DNA of 64,000 nt from the NCBI GenBank assembly GCA_013265495.1, contig MU057801.1:2572765-2636764 (forward strand). Reading direction: 5' to 3'. Below, piece by piece: positions 10,891-23,040 of the stretch (its first letter is position 1; each line of letters opens with the position of its first letter). This stretch comes from Vicugna vicugna. Lineage: Eukaryota. A program made the translations under genes and the position numbers. Under the pieces are notes generated by a model that saw nothing but the letters and a program-made list of their open reading frames with translations, made no database searches and was not told where the DNA came from.

Positions 10891-12029
10891 CAGTTGCGCC
10901 ACAGCTGGTGTTGCGCCTGGATGCTGCTCCTCCCCGTCAGCGTCTAGGACTCCATGCTGAGGCCGTGGTTTCTGTGTCGTGTGTTTACTTGCGTGTTTTC
11001 CATTGTGCTGGACACGGGTGTCTGAGGTTGAGTTTCCCAGGAGCGGACAGTGTTGTGAGGGTTCATGACACGTGATTTACTGGGAAATGCTCCCTGGGGG
11101 ACCAGCCGGTCAGTGGGGGAGCAGGACGGGAGGGGCGTCCAGGAAGGAGAGGGCTCCGAGCCAGCGCAGAGGGGCCCCAGCCTGGCTGCGGGGGCCTGGA
11201 GCGTGGCCGGCGTCCCCAGCCTGGGGGCCGCTCCTTCCCTGGGCTGCGCTCAGTGGGTTTTAGCGTCCAGGATGACGGGCAGAGCGGGAGCTCCTGGCCC
11301 CGGCTCAGCCAGAGTGGGCACTTGGCTGGCTTTGAGCTTATCGGTTTACCAGTGAACAGATAACGCTCCCAGAGGAGCCCTCCTGGGTCAGCGTCCTGCT
11401 CTTTTTAGTGGAAATGAGGCCAAATTCTACGTGAGCACCCGAGCGCCTGGAGAGCTTCCTCCGAAGCATTTTATGGGCCTCGACGCTGTTTAATGAGGTG
11501 CTTTAGAAAGTCACCCACGTCGAGTGCGCAGGGCCGACGTGGGAGCCAGCCTCCGGGGACACGGCGCCCGGTGGCTCCCGGCCTCCCGGGGGGGCCTTCT
11601 GGCACGACTGAAGTTGCCCCCAAGCAGCGTTCAGCAGTGTGGAAACAGGAGCGGACTGTGTTTTTCCCAAACCACGAAAACAAAACAGACTCCCAGTAAG
11701 GAATGAGGAGAAGGCAGGATGTGAGGGACTCACCCCTGGCATTTCAGTCAAAACAGAGGCCCCAAGGCCGTTTTAACCGGGCAGGTCTGCTCTGTGACTG
11801 CCGGCCCGGAGAGACACAGCGATGGGGCCGACACCCCCCACCCCGGCCGGGGCCCGCCTCCGCGGCGACCGTGTCCCCCGGCTCTTTTATGAAAGGCAGT
11901 GGTGCAGAGGCCGTGCTGCAAACCAGCCAGGCCAAAACTGCTGGGGGCAGCGTTGTCCTCACAGGCCTGCAGGTGACGTCACGTAAGAACCCCAGCCCAC
12001 GAGCTTCACCAAATCCAGCTATCCTTTTC

Positions 12030-12240
12030 TCTTCTTTAAGTGGAAGTGTAGTTGACTTACAACGTTACAGGAGTTCCAGGTGTACACATAGTGATCCGGT
12101 ATTTTTATACAGAACGAAATGATGACCACAGTGAGTTTTACCACCTGTCGCCAAAGTCATTACGATACTCCCGACTGCATCTGCTGTGCTGTCCATGGCA
12201 CCCCCGTGATTTGTTTGTTTCACAACAAGAGTTTTGTGCC
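12030..12240 (-). mobile_element. L1 3'-end relic
   Basis: gaagtgtagttgacttacaacgttacaggagttccaggtgtacacatagtgatcc matches the antisense of laurasiatherian L1 3' termini. Confidence 0.6.
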
Positions 12241-15044
12241 TTCTAGGCAGCAAGTAAGTAGCAGGCAGACGCTGGGGTCGCTCCTGACGCAGGATGGGGG
12301 AGACCCCCCAGTGACTCCTCGGCTCGAAGTCTCTCCTGAGCCTGTGGCCACTGTGTGGGCAGGGCCTGGGCGTCTGCATGTCTGCCAGCCCCCAGCAAGG
12401 CCGACACTGGGCCCCGAGCCCGCACCCCGAGCAGGGAGGACAGAGCGCCCCGCTGACCAGAGGTCCGGGCGGCCTCCAATCCGCTTCCCCTCGGCCTGAC
12501 TGGGAACGTTTTCTGTCTCTGGAGCTGGACTGCCCTTTGCAGCTCTGGGGGCCTGAGAACCGCCCTCCTTCCAAGCACGGCCCTCGGCCCTCACAGCCTG
12601 GCCCCTCCCCAGGCCCCGCCCCTCCTGGAGGGACAGCAGCTGGCTCTGCTCACTCCCTGGCCCTTCCGGGTCTCCCAGGGGATGAGTGGGGAGGTGGCCT
12701 CATGCAGAGGCGATCCGCCGGCGTGGGGCACACGGGGACGCCCTGCCCCCGTTCCAGATGCTTCACCGTGGCGTCTCGGCTCCGAGGCTGGTCAGCTCTG
12801 CCCGCACCTGGGCCATCTGGAGACACCTGCCTCTCTCCAGCCAGGCTCTGCCCTCACCTCTCACGCTGCCTGTGGGGGAAGACGTTGGCCTGAGACCCTC
12901 TAAACACGTCTTCTTCGTCTAAGCGTGTCTGGCGTCCCATCCAGGTGCACGGAGGAAGCGGGCGGAGTCCTGGCCCCATGGCTGCTGGAGCCTCAGCGGC
13001 GTCCTGGCCTCGGGCCATGGTCTGGAGGGAGGCGTGAACTCCTGTCGGGGCACCGCCCTGTCCTTTGTCAGCAGGTCGGCCGCCGTGTCCCAGCTGGACC
13101 GGTGCCCACGTCACGGCCCCATCTGGAGCCCACCTGGCGGGCAGGACGTCAGCGTCTGGAGACGGGGAGCCAGGGAAGGATGGCGTGGGCTCGGAGATGA
13201 GCTTGGAAGGAGCAGGGGGGAGACCGCTGGCCGAGCGTCTCTTTCAGAAGGTTCGTGGCTCATAAACGTGCTCACTTGAACAGGTGGTGGCAGTGAGCCC
13301 GCTGGTCACTCAGCTCCTCAGGGACGTTGAGTCACCCAGCCCAGCACGCAGCAAAGCGCGGTTCCCTGAGGCGGCACAAGTGCGCAGCTCACCCCGACAC
13401 CCTGGGGTGTCGCCGCCCCCTCGGTGCCACCCGCGTGGGCTCAGGCCCACGGGGACTCTCCGTGCCGTCAGCACACGAGCTGCGTGCCTGCGGCGTGCTG
13501 CCCTGAGTGCCGGGCGCCGAGCCCGGGAGGCAGAGTGTGGCTGAAGAGCCAGGGCCAGCATCTTGGCTGGGCTGTGTCAGTCGCTCTGTGGGCGGTGGTG
13601 GCGCCCTGGCCGACGCAGGCGTGGGCACCGTGGGTGGAGGGCGCTGGCCTTGATCCCCAGTGTCCTGGTGGGCCTGTCTGCGTCGCGGGGCTTGGGTGCC
13701 GTGCTGGGTTCCGGTCCTGCTCCACCAGCGGCTCACTGGGCCCGTGATGCAGCGTCTCCCAGCCAGTCCCAGGGAAGCCAGGATGGGGCTGGGGAGCCCC
13801 CACCGGTCAGCACGTCTGCGCCTTCGTGAGAAGTGTCATTACCAAATCACCCTGCTCGCTGTAGGAAAATCTAAAACTCACAAATGCAAGAAAAAAAATC
13901 ACTGAGAAGCCTGCCATCCAGAAGCGTCTCAATGTCCGGCATTCTGGAGGAAGCCTGAGTTCTCCCACTTCCTGCCCCGGCTGGTACCTCGGCTGTCACA
14001 AGCGTCCTTCCGGGGCGACAAGCAGCATTTGCACCATCAGGTTCCGTGACCACGCGGACTCCTTGCACGCTCCTCTCAGACTGCGCTGCTGGGAGCAGTG
14101 CCGTCAGGAGCACTCTGCAGGCTGTGCTCCTGCAAGGGGACCCCTCGCAGGAAACCCCAGTTCCACGTCCATCCTGGTCTCTGGGCCCCCCTCCGCCCTG
14201 GGGCCTCACGGAGATGCTCCCCAGAATCAGCGAGCGGAGGCGGCCGGGGGCAAGAGGGAGTTGGGGCCAGAAGAGCTGGAGGGCTGGTGATGCCTGGAGA
14301 GAGGGCAGGTGACAAGGTTGACCCCGCATTCCTGCAGCCTCGCTGAGGGCTCCCGCCTGGTCTTCCCGAGGAAGAGACCCCGGGGACGAGAGCCAGCTGT
14401 CCGGGGTGGGGGGGCGGTCGTGGCCCTGGGGGCGAGCAGCCCTGCCCGGCTCTGCCCCTCGTAGGGCCTGTTCCTCCAGCTGTGGACTGTAAACGCCTCT
14501 GGACCGCCTGCCTCCGCCCTGCGGACGTCCTCACCCGCTGACCCACGAAGGGGGAAGACGCGGAGCCGAGCTGGCTTCATCTGCCCTGTAATTTATCTGA
14601 AATTTTAAAATCTATTTTAATCAAAATTGACTCATTATCTTGGTGCCTCGTGGCCACACCTTTGCCATTTACAGATGTGGTTCCCCTCCACCACTGAATA
14701 AAACCTGTGAAGATCTGGGGACAGCCTTTGCCTCCCAGGCATGGTGGTGTCACTTGACGCCCAGCCATCCCTGCGTGGTCTGTGGTCACCACTCACACCA
14801 CACTGCTCTTTGGTTGGAAAACTTGCCACTGACCACTCTGGCCACCGGCCTCCCCGTGGCCACCGTGACACAGACAAGTCAGGGAGCCGTCGTCAGGTTC
14901 CCAGGCTGGGGTAGGGTGTGCGGTGCAGAAAGGACGTCCCGTCTCCGGACAAGAAGCACCTGAGGCCAGTGGGGCTGGTGTGCGGCTGGACTCGGTGGCA
15001 CGCACGCACGTGGCAAGGGGTCTGGAGCCCAGGACCCTCAAGGG

Positions 15045-15068
15045 GTGTGTGTCTGTGTGTGTGTGTGT

Positions 15069-15161
<93 letters not shown>

Positions 15162-15468
15162 TTTCTGTGTGTCTGTGTGTGTGTCTGTGTGTGTGTCTGT
15201 GTGTGTGTGTCTGTGTGTTTCTGTGTGTCTGTGTGTGTGTCTATGTGTCTGTGTGTCTGTGTCTGTGTGTTTCTGTGTGTCTGTGTGTGTCTGTGTCTGT
15301 GTGTCTGTGTGTCTGTGTCTGTGTGTCTGTGTGTGTGTCTGTGTCTGTGTGTGTGTGTGTGTCTGTGTGCGTGTCTGTGTGTGCATGTCTGTGTGTGTGT
15401 GTCTGTGTGTCTGTGTGTGTGTGTCTGTGTGTGTGTGTCTGTGTGTGTGTCTGTGTGTGTGTGTCTGT

Positions 15469-15509
<41 letters not shown>

Positions 15510-15683
15510 TGTGTGTCTGTGTGTGTGTGTCTGTGCGTGTCTGTGTGTGTGTGTCTGTGTGTTTCTGTGTGTCTGTGTCTGTGTGTCTGTGTGTGTGTGT
15601 CTGTGTCTGTGTGTGTCTGTGTGTCTGTGTGTGTGTGTCTGTGTGTCTGTGTGTGTCTGTGTGTGTGTGTGTCTGTGTGCGTG
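15045..15683. repeat. Compound (TG)n/(TGTC)n microsatellite, ~640 bp
   Basis: Directly visible; includes an uninterrupted (TG) run of about 80 bp near 15074-15154. Confidence 0.99.
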
Positions 15684-17001
15684 TGGAGGGCGGTCAGGTG
15701 CTCTCTGGACAGACAGGGCGTCACCGCTTCCATCCGGGGTCCCTGGAGAAGGTCGCTGTCTGTGATTTGAGTGAACCCCTTCGAATTTGCCTGTTTTCAC
15801 TCAAACAACCAGACAGAAACAGTCCATCTGGAAGCTTCCGCCGCAGGCTGATTAGAGGCTCCGATTGGCAGTTTTATGTGCATTTAATTAACCAAAACAG
15901 GAGGGACTCCGGGTCACAGTCACCTTGGGCTTCCTCTGTCTTGTGGGAGGGGGAGGGGCCGGGGCGCTGTGGGGGCGGTCCTCGCGGGGCAGGCATCCTC
16001 GCAGGTGTTACCATCACATGCCCTCCCGGGGGGATGCCTGGCCCCTCAGGTGACTGCCTCTCCCTGAGGCTGCCTGGGCAGATGCCGCCCAGTGTCCCCC
16101 GAGCGTCCCCGACGCCCCCAGCCCCCAGCAGGAGGCCCCACATGTGACCACCTCGGGGCCAGCAGAGGGAGGCAGGAAGCTAGTGACCTTCTTTCAGGAA
16201 GAAATGCTCCTTTTCTTTTCAGAAACGAAATCTGGAGTGAAGTCTGACTCCACCTCTGGGTACAGTCAGCACAGACGGAGTGGCCCTGGTTTCCAGGGGG
16301 TCAGCGTGAGCGCGGTGCTGAGGAGGGGGTCAGAAGCACCCGTCAGGGAGATGTGCCCCCCACCAGGGGCATCGGGGGCGCCCAGAGCAGCCGCGCTTTT
16401 AGGACAGAAGCCGCGCGTGTCCTGTCCGGGGGTTGGGGTCCCTCTGTGGGAAGTGTGCCCGGGGGCCCGGGGCCTCCTGACTGTGGGCGTCACCTGAGCT
16501 GCTTCTTAAAACTCCCTGTGCCAGGTCCCCCACCTGCCAGCAGGCTCTGTGCAGGCCTGTGTGGGGCCCCCGAGCGGGTGACCTGGCCGCAGGGCCGCCT
16601 CAGCCCCAGGGAGGAGCCGGACACCCAGGCTTGAGACCAGGCCCAGCGACACCCGAGCTCAGGTCGGGGTCTAAGGCAGGAGGGGGCTCAGAGCAGGTCC
16701 CGTCCCTGTCCCCGGAACCCGTCTGCTGTCCTGGAGTGGAGAGGAGGTGTGCGTGCCCCCCGCCCTGCTCTGAGGGGTGAACCTTCACCCCTCTGTCCCG
16801 CCCTCCGTCCCAGAAATCTGAGGGTCTGTAGTTTCACTTTCCCTGAGCGGCCCCGGAACCGGCCCTTGGGGTGTGTCCCCTCCTGTTCCTGTAAGAGCTT
16901 CCGTGCCGGGAGGGACTGCCCCGCGCCCGCTGACTCCTGTGTCAGGCGCAGCGTAGAGGGATCCCCGCTCACCCCGTTCTCCTGCCCGTCTCTCCCCGCA
17001 G

Positions 17002-17139
17002 AGCGACTACTCCAGTGACACGGAGAGCGAGGACAACTTTCTCATGATGCCCCCGCGGGACCACCTGGGCCTCAGCGTCTTCTCCATGCTCTGCTGTTTC
17101 TGGCCCCTGGGCATCGCGGCCTTCTACCTGTCGCACGAG
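17002..17139 (+). CDS. SYNDIG1: SYNDIG1 second coding exon (aa 161-206), start of the CD225/dispanin domain with the Cys191-Cys192 motif
   Basis: Acceptor tctccccgcag ends at 17001. Translates [46 protein letters not shown]. Donor GTgagg at 17140. 138 nt. The CC codons are at 17092-17097. Confidence 0.98.
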
Positions 17140-18469
17140 GTGAGGCCCCCGCCGTGCCCCACACGTGGCCAGCGCACCCGGCTGGCAGCCGCCCAGGGGC
17201 GGGGGGACCAGGTGGGAAGGCGTCAGCCCGGCCCCAGCTGATGCTGCGGTGGCGCCAGCGGGGTGGCCGGGAGCCGGACGCGCCGAGCAGGACCGGGGAC
17301 GGGAGACTAGCTGAGCACGGCGAGCAGAGGGGTGTCTGCCTCGTGAAAGGCTCGCCCACATGCCTCAGGCACTGATTAGCCCACCCGTATGAGCTCATCC
17401 CAGGTCCACGCTCCACTGAAGGAAACGGCCTGTCCCAGTGGGTCATCGAGCGTGCGGTCCGGCGCGAGAGCCTCCGACGGGACCGGTGTCCAGCCCTTTC
17501 CAGGCAGACACCCACCTGCGCCTTCGCGGAGCCCAGGTTGTGAAACATTTCCTCCAGCACGTGGGAAGCGTTCATCCAGAAAGATCCTGTGTTCCCCAAC
17601 CGCGATACCCCAGCCAGACCAGAGGGAGGCAGCCCCTCGTTGGCCCCTTCGCTCGCCGTGTGCTCAGGGCACCCGGACACCCCAGCCCTCGGGCTCCCGC
17701 TCTGGCCTCCAGGGCTCTGGGCCCGGGCTGCTCACAGAACAGAGCCCTGGCCTCTCGCCGCTCCCTGCGCTTTTCTGTACTGACTGGATTTTGTCTAGTG
17801 AGTGGAGGGACTCTTAGTGTTTTCCTTTGTCACCGCCCCCCTATCCTGACCCCAGGAGGACCCGCTAGCGGTGCCTCTGTGCAGGGACAGTGAGAGACCC
17901 CAGATGTCCTTCCAGGGGACGCGGCGGGCCGCTGCCCGGCGCTGCCCTGGGGTCCCAGCTCTGGAGGGTGGAGGGATGGGGGCGGGGGNNNNNNNNNNNN
18001 NNNNNNNNNNNNNNNNNNNNNNNNNNNNNNNNNNNNNNNNTCGAGCTCTGGCCTGGAGGGTCTCTCTGAGCTTCTTTTTTGTGTGTTCGTCTCGTCCCAC
18101 GAGTGCCAGAGACCCCTCTGCTGGAGGACACGGGCTGCAGCGCACGACTCGGGTCTGTCAGGGGCCTGGGTGGCTGCGAGTGGAGCGGCTCAGTGGACGT
18201 GGGGGCTGCGTGCGCGGGGGCCTGGGGCGCACAGCGTGGAGGCCCGAGGGTGGCGTCTGCCCACGACTCATTTGACTCCGGCAACGCCGGTCGTTTGAGC
18301 CAGCTCCCGGTGCGAGTGGGCCTTGTGAACGGTTACAGAGGGGAACGTGCTGTGTGTGATCTTGGTGGAGCCACCAGGAACCCGTGCTCCGAGCGGCACT
18401 GAGGCTAAAAGAACCCAGGCTGCTAAGTGGTGGCCATGAGCCGGTCCAGCTGCCCTCTGTGTCTTGTTT

Positions 18470-18610
18470 AATCTTTGCAGTGAGACTGAAAGGCTGGGAT
18501 TTATTGCGCCCATTTAATGGATGAGAACACTGAAGTTTCAAGGGATTGAATAACGCACAGAAATCAGAGAGGTAGCAGGGCGCACGACGCAAATACCGAC
18601 ATTTCTAACC
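18470..18610 (-). mobile_element. MIR SINE fragment
   Basis: gcccatttaatggatgagaacactgaagtttcaagggattgaataac resembles the antisense MIR core cccattttacagatgaggaaactgaggc. Confidence 0.55.
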
Positions 18611-21600
18611 CTTAAAATCAAATTTCCTGCAGTTCAGCTGACTTTCCCCTGCAAATAAAGATAGAAACACAGAACTCACTTCTAAACCCACCGTCTGCCC
18701 ACTATTTGGAGCGAGTTACAGTGAAGGAGAGGTGCCTTCCAGGCGGGACTGGGCGCTTACCTGGGGGCTTCACTCAGCCCCACGTGGCAGGGCGGGCTGG
18801 GGCTGGAGCTGGCGGACCCTCCACCCTGAGACCCTGGGTCCGGAGGCCTGAGGGCTCCGTGTGCTGCGTCTGCTGCAGACATCTGCATTTGAGCACCTAT
18901 AATGTCTTGATTTCATTTCACTTCATACAATGTTTCTTTCCTTTACCAACTGCACCATTAGAACAATAATTAAATGAGAAAAGGGAATTAAGGATCAGGT
19001 TATAAGTTTCATGAATAGCGCCAGCAACCGGGAGCTGGATGAATTGGGGGAAAGAGACTCTCCGTGTGGCCCCAAAGTCTGGAGAGCACGAGTCCCAGGG
19101 CCGTAACCGCGCCCTCGAAGTCCATCCACCCGCCGACGCTGGCTGAGCACCTGCTGTGCGCCAGGCCCTGCTCCGGGCGCAGAACCGAGCAGCGAGCAGC
19201 GCAGAGCCCCTCTTCACAGAGTGCCTGGTGGCGACTAGTTACGAAGGAGGAAATTCAAGCTGGAAATGGAAATGAGCTCACATCTTAAACAAGGAGGTCA
19301 CAGAGGGGCTGCTGCGTGCATAGCATTTCAAGATAAAACTACAGGCCAGCGATGAGGATCTCTGGAGGAAGAGCTTTTGGGCTGAGGGCAGCCAGTGCAG
19401 AGGCCCTGGGGTGGGGACACGTGGGGTGCAGAAGAGAGAACGACCAGGTGACCCTGACTGTGTACATCTCCTCCCCAGGCCCCACGTGCAGATGGCCAGT
19501 GGGTTCCTCCGCTCACTGGTGCAGTGGCTCCCATGGTCTGCGGGATGGCCAGAGCCCCCCAGCCTGGACCTCTGTTCCCTACAGCCCCACAAGCCACCCC
19601 CACAGCACCGCCCTACCCCCACCACCTCCCAAGGTCCTCCCTTGGCCCACCTGCCCCGCTGGCCCCCCCGCTATATGGAGCTCCTTGTGGGGGCTCTGTG
19701 ACCCCAGTACTTGCAGTGGGGTCCTCAGAGAACCCTGGGGGCCTTTGTGCTGTTTCACTCCTCGGTGCCCATCTCACACCAGTGGGGCCCAGCTCTGGGC
19801 ACAAGGCGCCCAGGGAATCGGGCCAGACCTGCCTTCCTTCAGCATCCGACGTGATCCAGGAGGGGAGGACCCTGCGACTCAGGATTTCTGAATGAAATGC
19901 AGGGACGCCAGGCGCCGGCTGTCCTGTCGTCACAGGTCCCTGTGAGTGCACTTTGTCCACGTCCCTCCGTCTGTGCTGGCAGTTTCGTGAGCCCTGATTC
20001 AGTGACAAGGAAATACTGCCGGAGCACGGGAACCATGGCCGTGCCCACCCGCCTGCTCCTGGGCCCGCCGAGCCGACCTCCCCGCTCCGGGTAGTCTCTT
20101 CTCACAGGCAGCTTTGCTGTCGACACTGGGCACGGGACACCCCAACGCCGTCCCTAAAACAGGCAGCCGCGTTCACCCCCCAGGAATGTCCTTCCAGCTC
20201 AGAGAACATGCACTGTCCTGTCCAGAGGGCAGGTGCCCAGATGCTTGAGAGGCAGGAGAGTCATCTGGAACTTCTGCAATCAGGGTGGAAAGAGCTCCTC
20301 AGGTTTCACCAGCCTCTGACTGAAGCTGAGCGCTTCTCCCGACTGACCGCGGGCAGCGCCTCTGCTGAGCCTCGGTCCCCCGTGGGAAGCGCAGCAGCTT
20401 CTCATCACGGGGCCGTTGAGCATGCTGTCTCGAAATACCGTTCACGCTCACGTGTGCTCGGGGAACCCACACTCCAGCACGAGGGGCCGGCTGGAGCCGT
20501 AACAGAGCGTCACGCGTAACGTGATCACGAGTGGCTTTTTAACGTCTTCACGGCTCTATTTCAGTAGATTTGGTTCCTGTTGTAACTCTCTGTATTTCAG
20601 CTTATGAACCTAAAAACACTGTCCTGAGCATGTCCATCAGTTCCACCAGCTCTCAAAGGGGTCCAGGCACCAAAAGACGAGGAGTCCTCTGGAGGTGTGA
20701 CCAGGCCCCCGTCCCCCCAACACGGTCCTGCCGGCTCTGGGCCGCCCCACCCCTGGGCCTCTCCACGCGCCCCTCCCAGCTCCGCGTGGCAAAAAGAGAA
20801 GCCCCCGGCTCCCTGTCCGACGGGACTAAGGGGGCATTGCAGGCTCACGGCCACCCCGGCTGACTGTCCCACCTCCCTTCCCTGCAGGGAGGGACCTGCC
20901 CTCTGCACTGTCGGCCCTGAGGGGCTGGTCCTGGGGGAGCCCCGGGGGTGGTCCCGCAGCGTGGCTGCAGGTCAGGATGCCGGGCTCACGGGCACCAGCG
21001 GCTCCGCCTGTCTGTCCTTCTCTTGCCAGAGTCATTTCTGGCCCACAAATTACACTCCTACCAGCCCGTTACTCCGCCAACCCGCAAAGCCAAGGAGGAA
21101 AAGACCTCATCTCCGCAGCAGTCTCATTACCTTCATATCTTACTCTCATCTACTGAAGCTGGAAGAAAAGATGCTCCGAGGTAAAGCGCCCCCTCCCGCT
21201 GTGCGTTCGCCCGCGTCCTCCACGCAGTAGAGCTGATGGCCAGCCCACACGCTGCAGGCGCTGCCGCGACCTTTCCTCTTTCCGGAAGCGTCTCCTCGTT
21301 TTCCTTGGCTCTTTTTTCACACCGTGCATGTTGTGCACCAGTCCCCATGACCGAGGGCAGGGCATCTTCGAGAATTAGTGTTTCCTCAACTGAAACAGCA
21401 GCGACAACCGTCAGACGCCGTGGAGGACAGGCACGGCCCCCGCGAAGCGCGGGCCCCACGGGCGGAGGCTCGGGCCTGGGTGCCGGGCTGGCAGGTCTCA
21501 CCCGGGCCGGGCCCGTCTGAGCCCGCGACTCAGGACTGCTCGGGGTCTGCTGCGGAGGTGGCCTCAGGCTTGGCGCTGGGCCAGCTTTGCGGGGGGATGA

Positions 21601-22224
21601 TGGCACGGTACCAGTGAATCACTTCCGCCGGAACAACGAGCAGGTCTGTGCTCAGCACCGTCATCTCGTCTGTGCTGCTGGAACCTCGGCTGAACTCACC
21701 GCGACCGGGCCCCCAGGACCCCTCAGGAGGGTGGGTGGGAAGGACCCGGACTGGGTGGGGCCCCTCGGAGCCGGCGCCCCCGGCCCCTCAAGCTCCACGG
21801 TCACCGTCGGAGCTCAGGCTGTTTCCTCGGGGCTGCCACTGGGGGGACGGGAGGCAGCAGGTCCCTGCACGGGCACCGTCAGTGTGTCCTTGTCCCTCAG
21901 CACCTGGGAGGTGTGAGAGACACAGCAGAGGAGGCCTGTCTGTACTGACCCGCAGGGGGCCCCCCCGAGAGGAGCTGTCCGCCAGGGTGGGAAGCACTTT
22001 TATTTTGCTTATTCTTAACTTACTTAAAAGGTTGCTGTCAGTGCAGAGCAAGAGCAGTGACATGTAGCAGTGCTCACCGGCGCTGGGTGACACAGGAATA
22101 CGTGCAAGTGACAGCAGGGTTGGGGGCACGGGGACCTTCCGTCACGAGGTACCTGGACCGCTCTCGAGATGGCGTGGGGCTGTTTAAATGTAGACTTAGA
22201 TGACTGAGATACAAACTTAAAAAG

Positions 22225-22550
22225 GAAGTGTATGTCCATCAACAGACGACTGGATAAAGACGCTGTGTTGTATTTATGCGGTGGAATACTACTCAGCCAT
22301 AAAAAAGAATGAAATAGTGCCATTTGCAGCAGCGTGGATGGACCTGGAGATGGTTACTCTAAGTGAACTCAGCCAGACAGAGAAAGACAAATGCCATATA
22401 ATGTCACTCAGATGTGGAATCTAAAAGAAAAAGAAAAAGAAAAATTATCTTATTTACAAAACAGAAAGACTCACAGGCATAGAGAACAAACTTATGGTTA
22501 CCAGTGGGTAGAGGGGGTGGGACGGGATAAACTCGGAATTCAAGATTTGC
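22225..22550 (+). mobile_element. L1 3'-end fragment
   Basis: atgtccatcaacagacgactggataaag...ggaatactactcagccataaaaaagaatgaaatagtgccatttgcagcagcgtggatggacc. Confidence 0.88.
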
Positions 22551-22559
22551 ACCCCATGG

Positions 22560-23040
22560 GTCAAAGAAGACTCAAGGGAAATGTTTCAATATTCTGAACT
22601 AAATGAGAATGAAAATAAAACATCAAAATTTGTGGGGTGTCATTAAAACAGTGCTGAGAGGGAAACTTATAGCATTAAATGCAAGTATTAGAAAAGAAGA
22701 AAGATCTAAAAGTCATAACCCAAGCGGCCGCCCTAAGAAACCGGAGAAACAAGAGTGAGTTAAAGCACACAGAACGAAGAGGATCGTTAGCGTTGGAGAA
22801 GAAACCAGCTAACACGAGAACAGGAGAGCAGTAGAGAAGCCGCCTCTTTGAAAAGAGGAATCAATAAAATTTGAGAAGATCCATGAAACTAATAAAACTC
22901 TAAAAAATAAAAATAAACAAACAAAGCTCCAGCCAGGCTAGCCAGCGGGCGAGGGAGCAGACCTCCTGTCCCAGGGGGGAGAGGCCGCGTCTGCGGAGGC
23001 TTCACGGGGGAGAGCTCTGTGCCGGAGCCCAGCACCTCGG
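22560..23040 (+). mobile_element. Old L1 ORF2 relic
   Basis: ctgaactaaatgagaatgaaaataaaacatcaaaatttgtggggtg...gtgctgagagggaaacttatagcattaaatgc is typical L1M ORF2; it degenerates distally. Confidence 0.75.

Noticed and set aside
9992..11075. Six ORFs of 256-314 aa
   Set aside because: They consist mostly of X residues across the N gap.
14793..16147. Cys-Val and His-Thr repeat ORFs
   Set aside because: These are translations of the (TG)n microsatellite.
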